A DNA stretch of 50,523 bases from Cyanophora paradoxa CCMP329 (taxonomy: Eukaryota; Plantae; Glaucophyta). A program made the position numbers and the translations under genes. The stretch spans positions 1 through 50,523 of the forward strand of contig QPMI01000340.1 of NCBI GenBank assembly GCA_004431415.1, written 5' to 3'. This document shows, piece by piece, positions 1-11,337 of the stretch. The notes under the pieces are model-generated. The model worked only from the letters and a program-made list of their open reading frames with translations. It searched no databases and was not told the DNA's origin. The number at the start of each line of letters is the position of its first letter. Position 1 is the first letter of the stretch.

Positions 1-3000
1 CACCCTGCCCAGCAGAGGCCTTACGAGGCTCTGCCCTTCCAAGTGGACCCCCACCAAGTGTTTGGGACTTGAATGTTTCCTGGGTCACTCCCTGTTAGCG
101 CTGGTCAGTTTGAATTCCGTTGGGCCACAAAAGTGAGGTCAGGTGCACAGAAAACCTTTCTAGGGGAACATGCACAAGGCGTAGCCTTAGGCAGGTGCAC
201 CCTGCCCAGCAGAGGCCCTGTAGGAGGCTCTGCCCTTCCAAGTGGGAGCCCCCCCAGTGTTGGGGACTTGAATGTTTCCTGGGTTCACTCCCTCTTAGCC
301 TGGTCAGTTTGATTCCCGTCGGGCCCACAAAAGCAAGGTCAGGTGCACACAAAAACTTTCCAGGGGAACATGCACAAGGCGCTAGCCTTCGGCAGGTGCA
401 CCCTGCCCAGCAGAGCCCTGTACGAGGCTCTGCCCTTCCAAGTGGGACCCCCACCATGTGTTTGGGACTTGAATGTTTCCTGGTTCACTCCCTCTTAGCC
501 CTGGTCAGTTTGAATTCCCGTCGGGCCCACAAAAGCAAGGTCAGGTGCACACAAAAACTTTCCGGGGGGAACATGCACAAGGCGCTAGCCTTAGGCAGGT
601 GCACCCTGCCCAGCAGAGGCCCTGTACGAGGCTCTGCCCTTCCAAGTGGGACCCCCACCAAGTGTTTGGGGACTTGAATGTTTCCTGGGTTCACTCCCTG
701 TTAGCGCTGGTCAGTTTGAATTCCCGTTGGGCCCACAAAAGTGAGGTCAGGTGCACAGAAAACCTTTCTAGGGGGAACATGCACAAGGCGGTAGCCTTAG
801 GCAGGTGCACCCTGCCCAGCAGAGGCCCTGTAGGAGGCTCTGCCCTTCCAAGTGGGAGCCCCCCCAGTGTTTGGGGACTTGAATGTTTCCTGGGTTCACT
901 CCCTCTTAGCCCTGGTCAGTTTGAATTCCCGTCGGGCCCACAAAAGCAAGGTCAGGTGCACACAAAAACTTTCCAGGGGGAACATGCACAAGGCGCTAGC
1001 CTTAGGCAGGTGCACCCTGCCCAGCAGAGGCCCTGTACGAGGCTCTGCCCTTCCAAGTGGGACCCCCACCATGTGTTTGGGGACTTGAATGTTTCCTGGG
1101 TTCACTCCCTCTTAGCCCTGGTCAGTTTGAATTCCCGTCGGGCCCACAAAAGCAAGGTCAGGTGCACACAAAAACTTTCCAGGGGGAACATGCACAAGGC
1201 GCTAGCCTTAGACAGGTGCACCCTGCCCAGCAGAGGCCCTGTACGAGGCTCTGCCCTTCCAAGTGGGACCCCCACCAAGTGTTTGGGGACTTGTATGTTT
1301 CCTGGGTTCACTCCCTGTTAGCGCTGGTCAGTTTGAATTCCCGTTGGGCCCACAAAAGTGAGGTCAGGTGCACAGAAAACCTTTCTAGGGGGAACATGCA
1401 CAAGGCGGTAGCCTTACGCAGGTGCACCCTGCCCAGCAGAGGCCCTGTAGGAGGCTCTGCCCTTCCAAGTGGGAGCCCCCCAGTGTTTGGGGACTTGAAT
1501 GTTTCCCTGGTTCACTCCCTCTTAGCCCTGGTCAGTTTGAATTCCCGTCGGGCCCACAAAAGCAAGGTCAGGTGCACACAAAAACTTTCCAGGGGGAACA
1601 TGCACAAGGCGCTAGCCTTAGGCAGGTGCACCCTGCCCAGCAGAGGCCCTGTACGAGGCTCTGCCCTTCCAAGTGGGACCCCCACCATGTGTTTGGGGAC
1701 TTGAATGTTTCCTGGGTTCACTCCCTCTTAGCCCTGGTCAGTTTGAATTCCCGTCGGGCCCACAAAAGCAAGGTCAGGTGCACACAAAAACTTTCCAGGG
1801 GGAACTTGCACAAGGCGCTAGCCTTAGACAGGTGCACCCTGCCCAGCAGAGGCCCTGTACGAGGCTCTGCCCTTCCAAGTGGGACCCCCACCAAGTGTTT
1901 GGGGACTTGAATGTTTCCTGGGTTCACTCCCTGTTAGCGCTGGTCAGTTTGAATTCCCGTTGGGCCCACAAAAGTGAGGTCAGGTGCACAGAAAACCTTT
2001 CTAGGGGGAACATGCACAAGGCGGTAGCCTTAGGCAGGTGCACCCTGCCCAGCAGAGGCCCTGTAGGAGGCTCTGCCCTTCCAAGTGGGAGCCCCCCCAG
2101 TGTTTGGGGACTTGAATGTTTCCTGGGTTCACTCCCTCTTAGCCCTGGTCAGTTTGAATTCCCGTCAGGCCCACAAAAGCAAGGTCAGGTGCACACAAAA
2201 ACTTTCCAGGGGGAACATGCACAAGGCGCTAGCCTTAGGCAGGTGCACCCTGCCCAGCAGAGGCCCTGTACGAGGCTCTGCCCTTCCAAGTGGGACCCCC
2301 ACCATGTGTTTGGGGACTTGAATGTTTCCTGGGTTCACTCCCTCTTAGCCCTGGTCAGTTTGAATTCCCGTCGGGCCCACAAAAGCAAGGTCAGGTGCAC
2401 ACAAAACCTTTCCAGGGGGAACATGCACAAGGCGCTAGCCTTAGGCAGGTGCACCCTGCCCAGCAGAGGCCCTGTAGGAGGCTCTGCCCTTCCAAGTGGG
2501 ATCCCTGCAGAGTGTTTGGGGACTTGAATGTTTCCTGGGTTCACTCCCTCTTAGCGCTGGTCAGTTTGAATTCCCGTCGGGCCCACAAAAGTGAGGTCAG
2601 GTGCACACAAAAACTTTCCAGGGGGAACATGCACAAGGCGCTAGCCTTAGACAGGTGCACCCTGCCCAGCAGAGGCCCTGTACGAGGCTCTGCCCTTCCA
2701 AGTGGGAGCCCCCCCAGTGTTTGGGGACTTGAATGTTTCCCTGGTTCACTCCCTCTTAGCGCTGGTCAGTTTGAATTCCCGTTGGGCCCACAAAAGTGAG
2801 GTCAGGTGCACACAAAAACTTTCCAGGGGGAACATGCACAAGGCGGTAGCCTTAGGCAGGTGCACCCTGCCCAGCAGAGGCCCTGTACGAGGCTCTGCCC
2901 TTCCAAGTGGGACCCCCACCAGTGTTTGGGGACTTGAATGTTTCCTGGGTTCACTCCCTCTTAGCCCTGGTCAGTTTGAATTCCCGTCGGGCCCACAAAA

Positions 3001-6000
3001 GCAAGGTCAGGTGCACACAAAAACTTTCCAGGGGGAACATGCACAAGGCGCTAGCCTTAGGCAGGTGCACCCTGCCCAGCAGAGGCCCTGTAGGAGGCTC
3101 TGCCCTTCCAAGTGGGATCCCTGCAGAGTGTTTGGGGACTTGAATGTTTCCTGGTTCACTCCCTCTTAGCGCTGGTCAGTTTGAATTCCCGTCGGGCCCA
3201 CAAAAGCAAGGTCAGGTGCACACAAAAACTTTCCAGGGGGAACATGCACAAGGCGCTAGCCTTAGACAGGTGCACCCTGCCCAGCAGAGGCCCTGTACGA
3301 GGCTCTGCCCTTCCAAGTGGGAGCCCCCCCAGTGTTTGGGGACTTGAATGTTTCCCTGGTTCACTCCCTCTTAGCGCTGGTCAGTTTGAATTCCCGTTGG
3401 GCCCAGAAAAGTGAGGTCAGGTGCACACAAAAACTTTCCAGGGGGAACATGCACAAGGCGGTAGCCTTAGGCAGGTGCACCCTGCCCAGCAGAGGCCCTG
3501 TAGGAGGCTCTGCCCTTCCAAGCGGGATCCCTGCAGAGTGTTTGGGGACTTGAATGTTTCCTGGGTTCACTCCCTCTTAGCGCTGGTCAGTTTGAATTCC
3601 CGTTGGGCCCACAAAAGTGAGGTCAGGTGCACACAAAAACTTTCCAGGGGGAACATGCACAAGGCGCTAGCCTTAGGCAGGTGCACCCTGCCCAGCAGAG
3701 GCCCTGTACGAGGCTCTGCCCTTCCAAGTGGGAGCCCCCCAGTGTTTGGGGACTTGAATGTTTCCTGGGTTCACTCCCTCTTAGCCCTGGTCAGTTTGAA
3801 TTCCCGTCGGGCCCACAAAAGCAAGGTCAGGTGCACACAAAACTTTCCAGGGGGAACATGCACAAGGCGCTAGCCTTAGGCAGGTGCACCCTGCCCAGCA
3901 GAGGCCCTGTACGAGGCTCTGCCCTTCCAAGTGGGACCCCCACCATGTGTTTGGGGACTTGAATGTTTCCTGGGTTCACTCCCTCTTAGACCTGGTCAGT
4001 TTGAATTCCCGTCGGGCCCACAAAAGCAAGGTCAGGTGCACACAAAAACTTTCCAGGGGGAACTTGCACAAGGCGCTAGCCTTAGACAGGTGCACCCTGC
4101 CCAGCAGAGGCCCTGTACGAGGCTCTGCCCTTCCAAGTGGGATCCCTGCAGAGTGTTTGGGGACTTGAATGTTTCCTGGGTTCACTCCCTCTTAGTGCTG
4201 GTCAGTTTGAATTCCCGTCGGGCCCACAAAAGCAAGGTCAGGTGCACACAAAACTTTCCAGGGGGAACATGCACAAGGCGCTAGCCAAGGCAGGTGCACC
4301 CTGCCCAGCAGAGGCCCTGTACGAGGCTCTGCCCTTCCAAGTGGGACCCCCACCATGTGTTTGGGGACTTGAATGTTTCCTGGGTTCACTCACTCTTAGC
4401 CCTGGTCAGTTTGAATTCCCGTTGGGCCCACAAAAGTGAGGTCAGGTGCACACAAAAACTTTCCAGGGGGAACATGCACAAGGCGCTAGCCTTAGGCAGG
4501 TGCACCCTGCCCAGCAGAGGCCCTGTACGAGGCTCTGCCCTTCCAAGTGGGATCCCTGCAGAGTGTTTGGGGACTTGAATGTTTCCTGGGTTCACTCCCT
4601 CTTAGCGCTGGTCAGTTTGAATTCCCGTCGGGCCCACAAAAGCAAGGTCAGGTGCACACAAAAACTTTCCAGGGGGAACATGCACAAGGCGGTAGCCTTA
4701 GGCAGGTGCACCCTGCCCAGCAGAGGCCCTGTAGGAGGCTCTGCCCTTCCAAGTGGGATCCCTGCAGAGTGTTTGGGGACTTGAATGTTTCCTGGGTTCA
4801 CTCCCTGTTAGCGCTGGTCAGTTTGAATTCCCGTCGGGCCCACAAAAGCAAGGTCAGGTGCACACAAAAACTTTCCAGGGGGAACATGCACAAGGCGCTA
4901 GCCTTAGACAGGTGCACCCTGCCCAGCAGAGGCCCTGTACGAGGCTCTGCCCTTCCAAGTGGGACCCCCACCATGTGTTTGGGGACTTGAATGTTTCCTG
5001 GGTTCACTCCCTGTTAGCGCTGGTCAGTTTGAATTCCCGTTGGGCCCACAAAAGTGAGGTCAGGTGCACACAAAAACTTTCCAGGGGGAACATGCACAAG
5101 GCGCTAGCCTTAGGCAGGTGCACCCTGCCCAGCAGAGGCCCTGTACGAGGCTCTGCCCTTCCAAGTGGGAGCCCCCCAGTGTTTGGGGACTTGAATGTTT
5201 CCTGGGTTCACTCCCTCTTAGCCCTGGTCAGTTTGAATTCCCGTCGGGCCCACAAAAGCAAGGTCAGGTGCACACAAAACTTTCCAGGGGGAACATGCAC
5301 AAGGCGCTAGCCTTAGGCAGGTGCACCCTGCCCAGCAGAGGCCCTGTACGAGGCTCTGCCCTTCCAAGTGGGACCCCCACCAAGTGTTTGGGGACTTGAA
5401 TGTTTCCTGGGTTCACTCCCTCTTAGCCCTGGTCAGTTTGAATTCCCGTCGGGCCCACAAAAGCAAGGTCAGGTGCACACAAAACTTTCCAGGGGGAACT
5501 TGCACAAGGCGCTAGCCTTAGACAGGTGCACCCTGCCCAGCAGAGGCCCTGTACGAGGCTCTGCCCTTCCAAGTGGGATCCCTGCAGAGTGTTTGGGGAC
5601 TTGAATGTTTCCTGGGTTCACTCCCTCTTAGCGCTGGTCAGTTTGAATTCCCGTCGGGCCCACAAAAGCAAGGTCAGGTGCACACAAAAACTTTCCAGGG
5701 GGAACATGCACAAGGCGCTAGCCAAGGCAGGTGCACCCTGCCCAGCAGAGGCCCTGTACGAGGCTCTGCCCTTCCAAGTGGGACCCCCACCATGTGTTTG
5801 GGGACTTGAATGTTTCCTGGGTTCACTCACTCTTAGCCCTGGTCAGTTTGACTTCCCGTTGGGCCCACAAAAGTGAGGTCAGGTGCACACAAAAACTTTC
5901 CAGGGGGAACATGCACAAGGCGCTAGCCTTAGGCAGGTGCACCCTGCCCAGCAGAGGCCCTGTACGAGGCTCTGCCCTTCCAAGTGGGATCCCTGCAGAG

Positions 6001-8169
6001 TGTTTGGGGACTTGAATGTTTCCTGGGTTCACTCCCTCTTAGCGCTGGTCAGTTTGAATTCCCGTCGGGCCCACAAAAGCAAGGTCAGGTGCACACAAAA
6101 ACTTTCCAGGGGGAACATGCACAAGGCGCTAGCCAAGGCAGGTGCACCCTGCCCAGCAGAGGCCCTGTACGAGGCTCTGCCCTTCCAAGTGGGACCCCCA
6201 CCATGTGTTTGGGGACTTGAATGTTTCCTGGGTTCACTCACTCTTAGCCCTGGTCAGTTTGAATTCCCGTTGGGCCCACAAAAGTGAGGTCAGGTGCACA
6301 CAAAAACTTTCCAGGGGGAACATGCACAAGGCGCTAGCCTTAGGCAGGTGCACCCTGCCCAGCAGAGGCCCTGTACGAGGCTCTGCCCTTCCAAGTGGGA
6401 CCCCCACCATGTGTTTGGGGACTTGAATGTTTCCTGGGTTCACTCCTTCTTAGCCCTGGTCAGTTTGAATTCCCGTCGGGCCCACAAAAGCAAGGTCAGG
6501 TGCACACAAAAACTTTCCAGGGGAACTTGCACAAGGCGCTAGCCTTAGACAGGTGCACCCTGCCCAGCAGAGGCCCTGTACGAGGCTCTGCCCTTCCAAG
6601 TGGGACCCCAGCAAGTGTTTGGGACTTGAATGTTTCCTGGGTTCACTCCCTGTTAGCGCTGGTCAGTTTGAATTCCCGTTGGGCCCACAAAAGCAAGGTC
6701 AGGTGCACACAAAACCTTTCCAGGGGGAACATGCACAAGGCGCTAGCCTTAGGCAGGTGCACCCTGCCCAGCAGTGGCCCTCTAAGAGGCTCTGCCCATC
6801 CAAGTGGGATCCCTGCCGAGTGTTTGGGGACTTGAATGTTTCCGGGGTTCACTCCTTCTTAGCCCTGGTCAGTTTGAATTCCCGTCGGGCCCACAAAAGC
6901 AAGGTCAGGTGCACACAAAACCTTTCCAGGGGGAACATGCACAAGGCGCTAGCCTTAGGCAGGTGCACCCTGCCCAGCAGAGGCCCTGTACGAGGCTCTG
7001 CCCTTCCAAGTGGGACCCCCACCATGTGTTTGGGGACTTGAATGTTTCCTGGGTTCACTCACTCTTAGCCCTGGTCAGTTTGACTTCCCGTTGGGCCCAC
7101 AAAAGTGAGGTCAGGTGCACACAAAAACTTTCCAGGGGGAACATGCACAAGGCGCTAGCCTTAGGCAGGTGCACCCTGCCCAGCAGAGGCCCTGTACGAG
7201 GCTCTGCCCTTCCAAGTGGGATCCCTGCAGAGTGTTTGGGGACTTGAATGTTTCCTGGGTTCACTCCCTCTTAGCGCTGGTCAGTTTGAATTCCCGTCGG
7301 GCCCACAAAAGCAAGGTCAGGTGCACACAAAAACTTTCCAGGGGGAACATGCACAAGGCGCTAGCCTTAGGCAGGTGCACCCTGCCCAGCAGAGGCCCTG
7401 TACGAGGCTCTGCCCTTCCAAGTGGGACCCCACCATGTGTTTGGGGACTTGAATGTTTCCTGGGTTCACTCACTCTTAGCCCTGGTCAGTTTGAATTCCC
7501 GTTGGGCCCACAAAAGTGAGGTCAGGTGCACACAAAAACTTTCCAGGGGGAACATGCACAAGGCGCTAGCCTTAGGCAGGTGCACCCTGCCCAGCAGAGG
7601 CCCTGTACGAGGCTCTGCCCTTCCAAGTGGGACCCCCACCATGTGTTTGGGGACTTGAATGTTTCCTGGGTTCACTCCTTCTTAGCCCTGGTCAGTTTGA
7701 ATTCCCGTCGGGCCCACAAAAGCAAGGTCAGGTGCACACAAAAACTTTCCAGGGGGAACTTGCACAAGGCGCTAGCCTTAGACAGGTGCACCCTGCCCAG
7801 CAGAGGCCCTGTACGAGGCTCTGCCCTTCCAAGTGGGACCCCCAGCAAGTGTTTGGGGACTTGAATGTTTCCTGGGTTCACTCCCTGTTAGCGCTGGTCA
7901 GTTTGAATTCCCGTTGGGCCCACAAAAGTGAGGTCAGGTGCACAGAAAACCTTTCCAGGGGGAACATGCACAAGGCGCTAGCCTTAGGCAGGTGCACCCT
8001 GCCCAGCAGAGGCCCTTTAAGAGGCTCTGCCCTTCCAAGTGGGATCCCTGCCGAGTGTTTGGGGACTTGAATGTTTCCTGGGTTCACTCCTTCTTAGCCC
8101 TGGTCAGTTTGAATTCCCGTTGGGCCCACAAAAGCAAGGTCAGGTGCACACAAAAACTTTCCAGGGGGA
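1..8169 (+). repeat. SatA tandem satellite array, ~206-bp monomer, ~40 copies, open at the window start
   Basis: TTCCAAGTGGGA and CACAAGGCGCTAGCCTTAGGCAGGTGCAC recur every 205-206 bp (e.g. 1261, 1467, 1671, 1877, 2083). Monomers differ by only a few substitutions. Confidence 0.98.
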
Positions 8170-8179
8170 TTTAAAGTAG

Positions 8180-8482
8180 ATGAAAAAAATTGATGATTTG
8201 CGCTCGGAGATTAAGCGCACAAATAATGCAGTTCTTGATAAGTTGGATCAAATTGGGCGCCAAATGAGTTCTCGCCCCCAGGGTGACTCTTGGCGTGGCA
8301 ATTATAATTTTGGACGTGGAGGATATGGAGGTCGCGGTCGTGGGCACTATACCCAGCGCGATTCTCATGATTCTGGACATTATTCTGGTGGTGGTGATCG
8401 CGGTCGCTCCGTTGAGCGCCGTGGGTCTTCTTCTGACCCTAAGGGTCGGGGCGGTTCGCAGCCCCGCCCGAAAAACGCCTAA
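8180..8482 (+). pseudogene. gag: gag C-terminal fragment (RGG-rich)
   Basis: Homologous to the end of the 419-aa ORF at 30022-31281 (RGRSxERRGSSxDPKGRGGSQPRP). Confidence 0.88.
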
Positions 8483-8562
8483 ACCAGCCTGTTTCTGCCC
8501 GCCAGGCTGGGGCGGCGTCTAAACCAGCCACTTTCGGAGCAGCTGTTCTTGGACTTTGTAAT

Positions 8563-10740
8563 TTGATCCCTTTGATTTCATTTAATGAATTTCTTCGGCG
8601 AATTGGAAAACAAGTCAACAGTTGTTCTGATATCCCTTCTCCCTCTTCTATTTCATCATCCAATTGTTCCCAAACTTCCAACCTCCCTATCGTTGCCAAT
8701 GATGAGAAAGATGCTAGTAGTTGTAGAATTGATTCTTTTGGTACAATTCCGGACAATTTGCCGGATGGTCAGCCGCATTTGCGTAGTTTTGCTCCTCAAA
8801 TTTCGAGTGGAAAGGGGGATTCTCCCCGTGGGGTGCTTGTGTCAAAAAGTTTTGGGCAGTTCGAGAGAGGCCACTTTGGCACTTTCATTTCGGCTACTTC
8901 AAGACTTCGCGAGCATTCGCACTCGCGCAAGCATTTCATTCCTCTCGAGAGACATCGAAAAATTGTATCACTTGGAATTAGTTTCAACAATGATGGCCGT
9001 GCTTCACTTCAAATATGTTCCTTGGACTCCCACAATAATGCTCCAGCTGAGCGGCGATTTGCGCAGGCTCCAGGGAGATCGATTGTGGAAGTTATCATCC
9101 AAGGAAAGCCTCACTCTTTCTTATTGGACAGCGGGGCAGATGTTTCTTTTATCCTCTCTAAAACTGTTTCCCAACTTGGACTTAATCACAAAGTGTTTCG
9201 CAACCATTTCACTCCATCTGTTAAGTTGCCTAATTCAGCATTGGTGTCTGTACCTGGTGAGATCAGCTTATCGGCCACAATTGGGCCGCTCACCAAGAGT
9301 TTTCCGTTGCTTGTAGTGGATTTTCCTGGCTATGCGCTCGATGGCATTTTGGGTCAGGATTTCTTCACCGAGAATGGAGTCACTTATGCGAATGTTGGCC
9401 CTACGGATCGGACTTTGACTTTTGCCCGATTTCCGGACAAGCCAGTTCAGTGCAAGGTTCTTCCTGTGCTGGGCGGCGCATCAGAGCAGCCATCATCTTC
9501 GCAAGATGCTCAAGACAATATTCCTTCGGAGAGTTCCAGCATTCGCAGAATTCCTGAAGATCATGGAATTGTCTTGGAAGTTGCTAAGGATGCTAAAATT
9601 GAGCCTGGATTTCAGCGGATGGTAGAGTTTAGAGTTCGTGGCAATCATTATGTGCCGGATTGTGATGGTTTCCTGAAAGAGTTCTACATATGGGACGGCA
9701 ACCCAGAGGTCCGCGTAGCGGCTGGGCCGACGGCGTGCCGTGGAGGTCGAGTTCATGGAATGGTTTCTAACTTTAGCAGTCGCTTTGGAGAGAAACCAGT
9801 TCTTTTGCATAAAGGCTTGAAGCTTGCTACTTTTGTTCCTGATTCCCGCTTCAAAGCTGAATTGTATGACCTTGGAATTAAATTGAGTTATGATCAGGAG
9901 GGAAAAGGAGAGTATGTGAAGGATGAGAAACCAAAAGAAGTTCCCCCTTCGGTACCAACATATGTCTCTGAGTACGCCTGCGCAGACTCAATCCAAGTCA
10001 ACTTGACCGATGCCAAGTTGAATTCTACTGACAAGTCGAAGAAAGAAGCTAGTCCAGAAGCTAGACCTCAATCTTCAACTGAGTTTTCTGATGGACTTCC
10101 CGAGTGCAAATATCCATTTACAGATAGAATGAAAGAGTTTTCGCATCTACATACAGTTCCAGTCGAAAATGCTTCAGAGCTTATTTATGATGAAATTCGC
10201 CAGCGATATGGGCAAAATATTTTGGATTTTCTTAAGAGTGTTGATATCGGCAGCCCTGAGGACAAGGCTGACGAGCGCACTGTTATGCTGGATTTCCTTG
10301 CTGGGAATTTGGATCGTGCCAAGGCTGAGCTACCGCCTTATGATCCTGATGGACAACACTTGCCCATCAAGCATACTATTCAAACTGGAGATGCTCGTCC
10401 GATCGCAGAGCCCCCTCGCAGACATTCTCAGCAGGAGCGTGATTTAATTGTTAATGAGACCAAGAAGTTATTGGGTCGCAATTTAATTCGTCCTTCTCGG
10501 TCGCCCTGGGCCGCCCCTGTGGTCTTGGTGCGCAAGAAGGATGGAACTTTGCGATTTTGCATTGACTATCGAAAATTAAATGCTGTTACTATGGATGATG
10601 CTTATCCGCTCCCTCGAATTGACGATGCTCTGGAAGCTTTATCAGGTTCTATATATATATCAGCTATGGACGCGCCGGATGGTTATTGGGGTGTTGAGAT
10701 GAAGGAGGAGGACAAGGAGAAAACTGCTTTCAGGACTCCT
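8563..10740 (+). pseudogene. pol: pol N-terminal half (protease, linker, RT start). The -1 frame is open back to the slip site at ~8470.
   Basis: Motifs as above. The last ~20 codons of the listed ORF (after 10740) are satellite read-through. Confidence 0.93.
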
Positions 10741-11102
10741 AGCGCCTTGTGCATGTTCCCCCTGGAAAGTTTTTGTGTGCACCTGACCTTGCTTTTGTGG
10801 ACCTGACGGGAATTCAAACTGACCAGCGCTAAGAGTGAGTGAACCCAGGAAACATTCAAGTTCCAAAAACTCGGTGGGGGTCCCACTTGGATGGGCAGAG
10901 CCTTTTAGACAGCCGTTGCTGGGGAGGGTGCACCAGCCTAAGGCTAGCGCCTTGTGCATGCTCCCCCTGGAAAGGTTTTGTGTGCACCTGACCTTCCTGT
11001 TGTGGGCCCGACGAGAATTCAAACTGACCAGGGCTAAGAGGGAGTGAACCCAGGAAACATTCAAGTCCCCAAACACTTGGTGGGGGTCCCACTTGGAAGG
11101 GC
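10741..11102 (-). repeat. ~1.8 inverted SatA monomers
   Basis: Reverse complement of the SatA consensus, somewhat diverged. Confidence 0.95.
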
Positions 11103-11279
11103 TGTCCCGAAGTACACTATGGGTTCACACGCTGATGTACCAGGACAAGTTCCTGGACACCACACTGTATTTCCACCCAACACACCAACTGAGGGGCAAG
11201 CCCCTACACATCAGACTAGGCTAGGGTACATCAGGGGGTACTATGACACACTGACTTAGGCGAACTACGCTTCAGCTCA
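11103..11279 (-). mobile_element. 3' LTR (~177 bp) of the family 1b element
   Basis: On the minus strand it reads TGAGCTGAAGCGTAGTTC...CGGGACA. The start resembles TGTTGCGAAGCGTAGTTC of the intact element, and it is preceded by the same GGACGT...TTTTCTTAC plus purine-rich tract. SatA follows directly. Confidence 0.8.
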
Positions 11280-11337
11280 ACTCGCTCTGTAGTAAGAAAA
11301 GGCGACGTCCTCGCTCGCCAATAAGTAAAGAAAGAAA

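Larger units (their letters stand above)
8170..10740 (+). mobile_element. 5' half of a Ty3/gypsy element, family 1 subfamily b: gag C-terminus, protease and RT N-terminus; 5' LTR and most of gag are missing
   Basis: Gag tail (GGSQPRPKNA*) matches the gag at 30112-31281. Protease motif LLDSGA. RT motifs SPWAAPVVLVRKKDG, RFCIDYRKLN, YPLPRIDD and KEKTAFRTP, then an abrupt switch into satellite. Confidence 0.95.

Noticed and set aside
1-8169. CRISPR-like array (conserved palindromic core with a variable segment)
   Set aside because: The whole monomer repeats, there are no unique spacers and no cas genes, and the context is eukaryotic.
73-8174. Dozens of 60-285 aa ORFs in SatA
   Set aside because: They are frame-cycling translations of a stop-poor 206-bp repeat with no domain or coding signature.
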